Positions 1 through 10,300 of a stretch of 26,798 nt of DNA are shown one piece after another. Source of the stretch: Cyanophora paradoxa CCMP329 (taxonomy: Eukaryota; Plantae; Glaucophyta). The notes beneath the pieces were generated by a model, which saw nothing but the letters and a program-made list of their open reading frames with translations, did no database searches and was not told the DNA's origin. A program made the translations under genes and the position numbers. The first letter of the stretch is position 1. Each line of letters begins with the position of its first letter. The DNA lies in assembly GCA_004431415.1 (NCBI GenBank), contig QPMI01000381.1:1-26798 (forward strand). The letters are read 5' to 3'.

Positions 1-3000
1 GGGAGCACGACGTCGTCGTCGCGCACGAGCGGCAGCAGCTCCGCCAGCCGGCCCGCGTCTCCCCGTCCAGCGCCGCTGCCCGCCCCTTGATGTACCCCGT
101 CAGCGCCACCACCGCCTCCGCCGTCAGCCGCGCCGCCGCCATCCCCGCCGCGAGCTCGCGGCAGTACATCGGCAGGGTGAGGTCCTGGGCGCCTCAGAGG
201 GGAGGGGCGGGGGAGGGGGCGGGGCGGGCCTGGACGCGGAGGCGGTCGCGGACGAAGAGGAGCGTCGCCTCCGCGCCCGGGGCCTGCAGCGCCGCCCGCA
301 GCTCTGGGTGCACGAACCGCACGGGCGCCACCGCCTGCCCCGCCACCCTCAGCCGCCCGCCGGGCGCGGCGGGCGGGCAAGGGGCGCACGGCGGCCTCGG
401 GGGGCGCCTGGAGGGCCCCCGCGGGGTCGGCGGCGGGGCCGGCGCCCGGGGCCTCGAGCGGGGGGAAGTAGAGGACGGAGGAGGGGCCGTCGCGGGGCAG
501 GAGTCGGCCCTCGTGGTCGGGGACGGCGTTGAGGGCGCGGGCGGCCTCGGGGGTGAGCCAGGGCTGGGCCTGGAGAAAGCGGTAGAGGCGGGGGAACCAC
601 GCGAGGGGCCGCCCCTCCATCCACGCCGCGTCCTGCAGCGCCTCATACACCTCCAGCGTCGTCACCGCCTGCACCCCGATCGCCACCAGCTGCGCCCGCA
701 CTTCCAGCAGCGCCCGCGCCGCCAGCGGCTGCGCGGCGTCACCGGGGCCGTCGGGGCGGGGCGGGGCGGGGCGGGGCGGGACGGACGGGGTCGGTGAGGG
801 GGGCGGGGAGGGAGCGGTCGGGGATGCCGCCGTCGGCGTCGAGGAGCTCGTAGAGCTCGGCGCTCCCCAGCCGCACCCGCCCCGGCACCTCGTACGCCCC
901 CACCGCCGTCAGCACGCACCGCTCCCCCCGCAGCGCCGCGCAGATCGCCCGCTGCGCGGCGTCGGCCGCCGCGCGCGTGCGGGGGGCGGGGGGCGGCGGG
1001 GGCGCGCCTGGACGGGCTCGAAGAAGGCGTGGTGGACGGGGAGGGGCAGGAAGGGGTAGGCGAGGTGCGCCCGCTCCTTGCCGAAGCGGGCGAGGAGCTT
1101 GAGGAAGGCCCGCACGAAGACGGGGGCGATGCAGTCGCGCAGCCACGCGTTCCACGGCCGGTCGAACACGATCGACTCGCTGCCGAGGCCCCACGTCGCC
1201 CGGCGGGGCGGGGCGGGGGCGGGGCGGGGCGGACCGGGAGGCGGGGAGGACGAAGTCGGCGTTGACGGCGAAGGGCAGGCCGCTGTTGATCTGCCCGCCC
1301 CGCCCCCTTCGCCCCCCGCCTCGCCGCGGGGCCCGGGCGGGGGCACCTTGACGGGGAGCCAGGCGAAGACGGCCCCCGGGATGCGCCGCTTCTTCCCCAG
1401 CGGGATCGCCACGCTCACTGCGCCCCGCACCGTCAGCGGGGCACCCCCCGGGGGGGCGGGGGCGGGGGCGGGCCCTTGCGGAGGACGACGCCGCGGCGCT
1501 TGTCGTCGTCGATCTCGGGGGGCACCTCCACCTCCTGCTCCCACACCCACACCATCTGCGCCCCCTCAGCCCCCGCCTCGCCCCCGCCCCCCCGCCCCCC
1601 GCACCACCCGCTCCTGCTCCTTCTCCTTCTCCGCCGCCGAGGGCGCCCCGGCGCCCCGCGGGCTCCCCGGCTCGGCGTTGGCGGCGGGGCGGGGCGGGGG
1701 CGAGGAGGCGGGCGGGGGGTCCCCCTCCTGGGGCCCCTCCCGGAGCGCTGCCTCGCGCTCCCCCTCGCCCTCCGCCTCCCGCCGCGCCGCCTCCGCCCCT
1801 CCTCCTCCCCCGCGCCCCGCCCGCCTCCCCGCGGGGCCCTCCCGCGGCGCCCGGGGCGGGGAAAGGGCGGGGGCCGGACCAGGAGGGGGCCTCTCGGCCT
1901 TCGAGGAGGGGCTGAGAGCGAGCCGGATGCCGCCTTCTCGGCGGCGCCGCTCCCCGCCGCGCCGAGCGAGGAGAAGGCGCTCGTGCGCCTCCTCGCGCGC
2001 TGGTGCGCCCCGGGGGCGGGGGAAAGGGGCGGGGGCGGGGGAGTGAGCTGGCCGGACGCGGCCCTGCGAGCATCCAAACCAGCGCACCAGCGCGCGAGGA
2101 GGCGCACGAGCGCCTTCTCCTCGCTCGGCGCGGCGGGGAGCGGCGCCGCCGAGAAGGCGGCATCCGGCTCGCTCTCAGCCCCCTCCTCGAAGGCCGAGAG
2201 GCCGAGAGAGAGCCTGGCGGTTGCGCGGGGTCAGCGGCGTGCGCGCCGAGGGGCTCTCCCCCGCTGCACGCGACCTTGCTCGGGAGGTCGCGACGCGGAG
2301 CATCTGGCGCGGGCGTCAGCTGCCTTGCCCCCGCGGAGCCGCACGCGCACCGCACCTCCTTCTCGAGTACGCGCTGGATCCAGGCGTGCCTGCGGTGGCC
2401 GGCCGGGCTTGGCGCGGGGGCGGCGTGCGGGGGGCCGGGGGGCGGACCAGTGGAAGAGGGGTACGCCCTCGCAGACGGCGGCACTATAAAGGGCCGAAAC
2501 GTCGACCTCCTACAATAGTTTGCCCATCAGTTGCAGTAGAAAAAAGCTCGAACAATAATTATACTCACCACGATGTCCTCGTCCCCCGCGGCCACCAGGC
2601 CCAGCTGCCCCCGCCCCGCCCCCCTCACCCTGCGGCCCTTCGCCCCTTCCCGCACCGCCCCCCGCCCACCTGGATCGCCCGCACGAGGAAGTGGAAGAAC
2701 TCCGTCGCGGCGTCTTGCCCGCCCGGCACTGCAGCCGCCGACGCCGCGGGGGCGCCTGCTCCCGCAGCGCCCGCCCGCGCGGCCGCCGCCTCGAGCGACG
2801 CGGCCCGGTTCGCCCGCACGAGCTCGAGGACAAGCCTGGCGGGGGAAGGAGGGGGGGGGGGGGGGGGGGGGGGTGTTTCTCGGAGGGGGCGGAGCGTCGC
2901 TGGGGAGGCGACGGCCGGGGGCGCACCGCGCCATCTGGGCCTGGCGCTCCTGCAGCTGCTCCCTGCTGAGGAGCAGGCGCTCGACCTCCTTGCGGTTTTT

Positions 3001-3755
3001 CTCCGCGTCCTCCAGCTGCCGCTTGCGCGCCGCGCCCGCCTGCCGCCGGCCGTCAGCCTCGCAGGCGCGCCGCGCCCGCGCGCCGACCTCGTATCGCGCC
3101 GCCGCCGCCGCCTCCTGAGCCTGCGCAGAGTCAGAAGTTCGGAAACAGGCGGGATTACGGAGGAGTCCCGAACAAACTTGCCTCCGTGAGAGCGTCGTGT
3201 AAGTCTGGGAGCTGGGCTCGCGTTAGCGGGGAACGAAAGAGGAGCGGGGAGGAGGCGATTACCTCCCGCTCAGCCAGTGTGCGTGCCTGTCGCGCGGGGA
3301 AGCGTCAGTACGGCGAGAGCACCAATCGACAGGTCTCCCCCAAACAAGCATAGCGGCACCTCCCTCCGCCGTAACCTCTCCGCCAGGGAAATGTTCTCAT
3401 CCACGAGCGACTCAATCTGTTTCGCGACGCGCTCTAGCGACGGAGAGCTGCGTTCTAGAACTTGCGAATCGCACCTTGTTCTGCAAGCGTTCGCAGTCTG
3501 CGCGGGATTCCTGTAATTCGATCTCTAGATTGTGCAGACGCTGCGCGAAGCGGGTCAAGCGAGCGGCGCTCCAGAGCGGTGCGGCAGCCACTGTAGCGTA
3601 GCTGTACCGTGCTTAGGAATCGGTTGGAGCCGTCGGGAGGCCAAGACGTTGCAGGCTCTGGATCGTTATCTGGATCCGCAGGCTCTGCGCTGGCAATCAG
3701 AGGGGCGAAGTGCAGGACGCTCTGCAGGCGCACGTCTGCTTTCGTCCAGCGACAT
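1..3755 (-). CDS. Multi-exon NO VEIN/sacsin-like protein with N-terminal coiled-coil region; 3' end outside the window
   Basis: ATG at 3755. Exons joined at GT/GC-AG introns read MSLDESRQPADPDND...RLHNLEIELQESRADCERLQNKIESLVDENISLAERLRRRE (coiled-coil-like) and later VSVAIPLGKKRRIPGAVFAWLPVK/INSGLPFAVNADFVLPASR/ESIVFDRPWNAWLRDCIAPVFV, which resembles the 'VFAFLP..GLxFxxxxDFxLxxSRE...WNxWL' motif recalled from NOV/sacsin-repeat proteins. Continuity across 1850-2200 is uncertain, so this could be two genes. Confidence 0.65.
1888..2203. repeat. Long inverted repeat: arms 1888-2008 and 2082-2203, 73-bp spacer
   Basis: The arms are reverse complements apart from one base in a G-run (4 vs 5 G). 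The same peptides appear on both strands in the ORF track. Confidence 0.95.
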
Positions 3756-3775
3756 CGCTGCGTCGCGGGCTGCGA

Positions 3776-3925
3776 TCAGAGCCTCTACCCCCCGCGGACG
3801 AGATCCCCCAGGCCTCCAAGGAGCGGTGCCGTCCGAAGTTACTCCGAACGTGGGAAGCGCTGCCATCCGCCGAAGAAGCGTTCGGACGAGGCGGGAAGCG
3901 CGGGACGCTCGGTGCGCAACCGACT
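3776..3925 (+). repeat. Left copy of a ~150-bp element, inverted relative to 14913-15083
   Basis: 3776-3827 is identical (52 bp) to the reverse complement of 15032-15083. Similarity continues with indels (cgtgggaagcgct..ccgccgaagaagcgttcggacgaggcgggaag..tcggtgcgc). Confidence 0.92.
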
Positions 3926-4327
3926 GTTAGAAAGTACCTGCTACAAAGCGAGCGCGTTTCACGCCCCGCGTGTGCGTCGATCGCATTGCGTACTGACACG
4001 CTCTGCGACACATTTGCAGATCGATATCGTCCTGGCTGGCCAAGGCCCGCTCCTCGGATCCTCGGATCTCGGATCCTAGGCGTCGGCGTAGCAGCCTATC
4101 TACACCGTCTGTAGTCGTTTGCTATCTCGTAAGCAGCAAAGCAGTCTCCGCCGCCTCGTTTTCTTGGAAGTGAGCTTTGGAGCCCGCAAGCACGGGCTCT
4201 CAGGCGCCTCACGGCTTGTTTGGCCTTGCGCAGCACTTGGGCACATTTGGAGGCTGCTCGAATACACCAAGCCCCTCCAAGGGCTGCGTCTGCCGGCGGA
4301 GAGCGGGGCGACGATTGAAGGGCGAGG

Positions 4328-7300
4328 ATGTCGGAGGAGCTCGCGGATGGGTCGTTCCGGCCACCGTTCAGCCCGGGAACCATGCAAGACGACGTCGTGC
4401 TCCACTCGGCACCCGGCTTCGGAGGTGCCGTCGCAGCGTTCGGCGGGGAGGGCCCCGAGTACGAGCTGCCGAGCTGGATTGACGAGCGGGTGCGGGGGGC
4501 AGGGGGGCGGGGGCGGCGGGGGCGCGGCTGACGTGCGGGGCAGGCGGGGAGCGCGGTGGTAGGGAACGGGAAGGTGGCGGTGTTGCGGGGCGACGGCGAG
4601 GCAGCGCGCCTCCTCCCGGGCTACCACCCCTCCCTCCCCATCCACAGGCCCGACGAGCTCACCGTCCACGGCCCGCCCCGCCCACCCCGTCGGCCTCGCC
4701 CCGCCTGACGCCCCGCAGACCTGCCCGAGGACCCCCGCGAGTGGGGGGCCCCCGTCCTCTTCTCCCGGTGCGGCATTAGCGCCCCTGCCGCGCGGGCGGG
4801 GCGGGGCGGCTGAGGCGGGGCGCAGCGAGGGCTTCCGGGGCGACGCGCACGCCCTGCAGGGCCTCAAAGGTGCGAGCCGCCCGCCCACGCCCCGTGTGGC
4901 GCCGCGCCTCACGGGGGAGGGCGGCAGGGGCGGGCGTGACGGACCTCCCCTCCGCATTCGACGACACCGCCGCCTCCATCGTCGTGCGCGCCCCGCCCGC
5001 CCGCCCCGCGCCCCGCCTCCCCGCACCCCCTCCCCTCCTCACCCGCCCCGCTCCCAGATCCCCACCGGGACCAAGGCGCGTCCTGGTGGGCGCCGCGCCG
5101 TGCCGGGCGGGCGCTCACGCGGCGCCGCAGGTGACCGTCTTCGAGGGCAAGGGAGGCAGCATGCGCGCCCGCACCCTCTTCCCCGGTGCGCCTCCCCGTC
5201 GCGGGCGGCGCTCGAGGCGGCGCGGCTGAGGCGGGGGCCGGCAGGGCGGTACGAGCTCGGGGAGGACCTCGGGGAGGGTGCGGGGCCGGGCGCGCTCGGC
5301 GGGGCGCGGGGCGGGGCTGAGGGGCGGCAGGGGCGCTGGACGGGGCGGTCTCGTCGGTGCTGGTGGAGGGGGACGCGCCGTGCGGGCCGGAGAGCCTGGA
5401 GGAGGCCTTCGCGCTCTACGCCGGCACCGACTTCTTCGGCACCGAGTTCCGCGGCGCCGCCTCCGGCGACCTCCCCCCGTGGATCGCCTCCGACGCCTCC
5501 TCCATCATCGTCCGCCCCCCGCCCCGCCCCGCGCCCCCGCCCCGCCCCGCCGTCCGGCTGACCTCCCCCGCCGCAGGTCGCCAACAACAAGCGCGTCATC
5601 CTGCACGCAGCGCCCGGCGCTCCCGAGGGGACCGAGTCACAGGAAGCCAAGACGCTCACGCTCCTGCCCGGGTGAGGGAGCTCGCCGGGGGCGGCGCGGG
5701 GCGGGACACCGAGGCTGCCTGGGGCAGGTTCCACCGGGCGCTGCCGCCGGAGTTCCAGGACGCGGCGGCGCGGGTCGTGGTGGAGGAGCTGCCGCCCGAC
5801 GTCACCTCCTGGGGCGTCCCCGTCCTCTGCGAGGGGTACCGCTCCCCGCACGCCCCGCGGCCCCCTTCCTCACCCCCTCCGGCCCCGCAGCGAGGGCCTC
5901 CGGGGGGCCCAGACGGCGCTGCCGAGGAGCGTGGCGCCCCTGGGGGAGGTCTTCAACCTGCCGCCGCACGCCGCGCACTCGATCTCCTCCCTCGCCGTCC
6001 CCGCCGGCTTCCAGGTGAGCCCCGCCGGTTGGGAGCCGCCGTAACGGCCGGCGGCCTCACGCGAGACCGGCCCGGCAGGTGACGCTCTTCTCGGAGAGGC
6101 GGGGCGGGGGCGAGGCGCGCACCTTCGGGCCGGGGAGCCACGAGCTGCGCGACCTCAGCGACGTGGCGCAGAGCTTCCTCGTCGAGGGTGCGCCCCGCCG
6201 CCCCCCCCCCCCCCCCCCCCCCCCCCCGCCCCCGTCCCCGTCGCCCCCTCAGCCTCCCGCAGCCCTGCGCCCGGAGCCGGAGCCGCGGGATGAAGAGCGG
6301 GAGCCGGCGGCGGAAGCGCCGCGCGGCACGGGACCGACCAGCCGCCTGTTTGCGGCCTTTCGGGCGCTCGACGGGGCCGGGGCCGGAGAGGCGGAGATGC
6401 GCGCCGCGGTGCGCGACTACCTCGACGACGCCACCGAGGAGCTGCGCGCCGCCGCCCGCTCCCTGCCGCCGCCTCCGGAGCCGGCCCCGGAGGCTCCGCC
6501 TGCGGATGAGCCGGCGACGGAGGCGGCGGGCGGTGAAGCGGGGTGGACGAGCGACGCTGTGGAGGCGCTGGTGGAGGCGTATCGCGCGGGGGCGGCGAAG
6601 GAGGAGCTCATCTCTGCCGCCTCGCGCGCCATCGTCGACTACCTCACCGCCGCCGGCGTCGCCGACCCCGACCCCGTGCGCCCCGCCGCCCGGCCCTCGC
6701 CAGCGCGGCGCTGACGAGGAGGGGGCGGCAGGGATGGCACGATGCGGAGGCGGGGCAGCTGGTGCGCTTTGTGCGGGCCGTGGCGGGCAGCCTGGACGAC
6801 AAGGGCCTCGCCACCGTCGCCCGCCTCTTCATCGCCGAGACCGTCCACGTCGACGCCGCCGGCGACGCCGCCCCAGCCGACCCCCCGCCCCCTGTTGACC
6901 CCGCACCGGCGAGCGACGATACTGAAGCTGAGCAAGACGACGCCGACCACGGCTTCTCCGACGCTGCTGCGAGCACGGGCGAAGCCGGACCCGCCGCGGA
7001 TCTGCTTGCGACCTTCCGCGCGGTTGCGGAGGGGAGGGCGTCGGAGGACGATTTCCGTGCGACAGCGAAGGCGTTCCTCGACAAGACCGTCGGGCCGCTT
7101 CAGTCGGTGCGTGGGTGTACATGTCGTGCGCTGCCACGCGAATTCCCGTCAGTGACTGTACCGCAGGGCTCGCGGGAGTCCCCATCAACGGAACTGACAG
7201 CGGAGTCGGACTCGGGGGCACCATCGGAGTCGTCGGCGGTGTCGGAATCGGCCCTGGATGACCTGCTCGCGAAGTTCCGGGCGCTGGACGCGGACGGGGC

Positions 7301-10300
7301 GAGCGCGGAGGCGTTCCACGCCGCAGCGGAGTCGTTCATTCAAAGCGTCACGTCTCGCTTGCAACGGGCGGCTGCGCACAACGATGACAGCAGCAAGGAC
7401 ACGGCTGTCGAGGGCGACCAAGAAGCGACCATCCAAGATTCTTCCTCTTCCAGCGCGGACGAAGCCGGACCCGCCGCGGATCTGCTTGCGACCTTCCGCG
7501 CGGTTGCGGAGGGGAGGGCGTCGGAGGACGATTTCCGTGCGACAGCGAAGGCGTTCCTCGACAAGACCGTCGGGCCGCTTCAGTCGGTGCGTGGGTGTAC
7601 ATGTCGTGCGCTGCCACGCGAATTCCCGTCAGTGACTGTGCCGCAGGGCTCGCGGGAGTCCCCGTCAACGGAATTGACAGCGGAGTCGGACTCGGGGTCA
7701 CCATCGGAGTCGTCGGCGGTGTCGGAATCGGCCCTGGATGACCTGCTCGCGAAGTTCCGGGCGCTGGACGCGGACGGGGCGAGCGCGGAGGCGTTCCACG
7801 CCGCAGCGGAGTCGTTCATTCAAAGCGTCACGTCTCGCTTGCAACGGGCGGCTGCGCACAACGATGACAGCAGCAAGGACACGGATGTCGAGGGCGACCA
7901 AGAAGCGACCATCCAAGATTCTTCCTCTTCCAGCGCGGACGAAGCCGGACCCGCCGCGGATCTGCTTGCGACCTTCCGCGCGGTTGCGGAGGGGAGGGCG
8001 TCGGAGGACGATTTCCGTGCGACAGCGAAGGCGTTCCTCGACAAGACCGTCGGGCCGCTTCAGTCGGTGCGTGGGTGTACATGTCGTGCGCTGCCATGCG
8101 AATTCCCGTCAGTGACTGTGCCGCAGGGCTCGCGGGAGTCCCCGTCAACGGAACTGACAGCGGAGTCGGACTCGGGGTCACCATCGGAGTCGTCGGCGGT
8201 GTCGGAATCGGCCCTGGATGACCTGCTCGCGAAGTTCCGGGCGCTGGACGCGGACGGGGCGAGCGCGGAGGCGTTCCACGCCGCAGCGGAGTCGTTCATT
8301 CAAAGCGTCACGTCTCGCTTGCAACGGGCGGCTGCGCACAACGATGACAGCAGCAAGGACACGGCTGTCGAGGGCGACCAAGAAGCGACCATCCAAGATT
8401 CTTCCTCTTCCAGCGCGGACGAAGCCGGACCCGCCGCGGATCTGCTTGCGACCTTCCGCGCGGTTGCGGAGGGGAGGGCGTCGGAGGACGATTTCCGTGC
8501 GACAGCGAAGGCGTTCCTCGACAAGACCGTCGGGCCGCTTCAGTCGGTGCGTGGGTGTCGTGCGCTGCCATGCGAATCCCCGTCAGTGACTGTGCCGCAG
8601 GGTTCGCGGGAGTCCCCGTCAACGGAACTGACAGCGGAGTCGGACTCGGGGGCACCATCGGAGTCGTCGGCGGTGTCGGAATCGGCCCTGGATGACCTGC
8701 TCGCGAAGTTCCGGGCGCTGGACGCGGACGGGGCGAGCGCGGAGGCGTTCCACGCCGCAGCGGAGTCGTTCATTCAAAGCGTCACGTCTCGCTTGCAACG
8801 GGCGGCTGCGCACAACGATGACAGCAGCAAGGACACGGATGTCGAGGGCGACCAAGAAGCGACCATCCAAGATTCTTCCTCTTCCAGCGCGGACGAAGCC
8901 GGACCCGCCGCGGATCTGCTTGCGACCTTCCGCGCGGTTGCGGAGGGGAGGGCGTCGGAGGACGATTTCCGTGCGACAGCGAAGGCGTTCCTCGACAAGA
9001 CCGTCGGGCCGCTTCAGTCGGTGCGTGGGTGTACATGTCGTGCGCTGCCACGCGAATTCCCGTCAGTGACTGTACCGCAGGGCTCGCGGGAGTCCCCATC
9101 AACGGAACTGACAGCGGAGTCGGACTCGGGGGCACCATCGGAGTCGTCGGCGGTGTCGGAGTCGGCCCTGGATGACCTGCTCGCGAAGTTCCGGGCGCTG
9201 GACGCGGACGGGGCGAGCGCGGAGGCGTTCCACGCCGCAGCGGAGTCGTTCGTTGCCTTGATTGCCTGGAGGCTGATGCACGCGTCGGCTGCGGCTGCCA
9301 ATCTCGCCGACAAGACAGAAACTAAGCACACCGTCTCACAATCTGCAGAGGACGAGGTTTGCGTGAGCAGTGTTACGATCTTGTGCGTTGGCCGCCCGCT
9401 GATGCGCCGGCATTGCAGATTTCGGAGGCGAGCGCACTAGTGGAGGAAGCGGAAAAAAAGGCGGAGGCGCTGAACGAAGCGGCGAACGAGGCGGCGCTTC
9501 TCGAGCGCGAAGCCGACGAGCTTGCAGAGCGCGCTGCCGAGGCGGAGACGGCAGAAGAGCAGCAGGAGCTCGCGGCGGCTGCCGAGCGAGCGGCGGAGGC
9601 GGCGGAGGAGAAGGCGGATGAGGCGCGGGATCTGGCGGAGGTCGTGGAGAGCCTGTCAGAAAAGGTGGAGAGCCTGGCGGAGGCGATTGGCGAGATGGAG
9701 CAGGCGGCAGGGAGCTCAGAGCTCGCCGAACTCGCAGAAACGGCCAGCACTCTGCAGGAGGAGGCTGCCGAAGAGCAGAGGCGCGCGGAGGAGAGCGCGA
9801 GGGATGCCGCCGACGCCTCGGAGCAGTCCGAGCAGCCACAGGAGGGTACCGACTCGAGCAGCGAAGAGCCCTATGATGGCGAGGACGTCGAGACGTCAGG
9901 CGAGAACGTTGAGACGTCAGGCGCAGACGAGGCCACCGGCGATGCGGAGGAGGCAATAGCTAAGGGCGACGTGAGTAGCACAAGCGACGCCACGGGCGAT
10001 GCGAGCAGCACTGGCGAGGACACCGAGGCTACTGGAGACGCCGAGAACGACTCCGCTGACCACCATCCCCCCTCGGAAGAAAACACGACAGCCTCCGATC
10101 TGCTTGCGACCTTCCGCGCGGTTGCGGAGGGGAGGGCGTCGGAGGACGATTTCCGTGCGACGGCGAAGGCGTTCCTCGACAAGACCGTCGGGCCGCTTCA
10201 GTCGGTGCGTGGGTGTCGTGCGCTGCCATGCGAATTCCCGTCAGTGACTGTGCCGCAGGGCTCGCGGGAGTCCCCGTCAACGGAACTGACAGCGGAGTCG

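Noticed and set aside
2851-2873. Long poly-G/C runs (also ~6201, ~16781, ~21231)
   Set aside because: Intronic homopolymers, part of the general intron composition; lengths are unreliable.
4053-4080. Triple ctcggat(c) repeat
   Set aside because: Too short; likely slippage.
3710-4114. Coding interpretation of the shared element (EPLPPADEIPQASKER...)
   Set aside because: The second copy has a stop and frame-breaking indels, and there are no clear splice signals. A decayed coding origin is not excluded.
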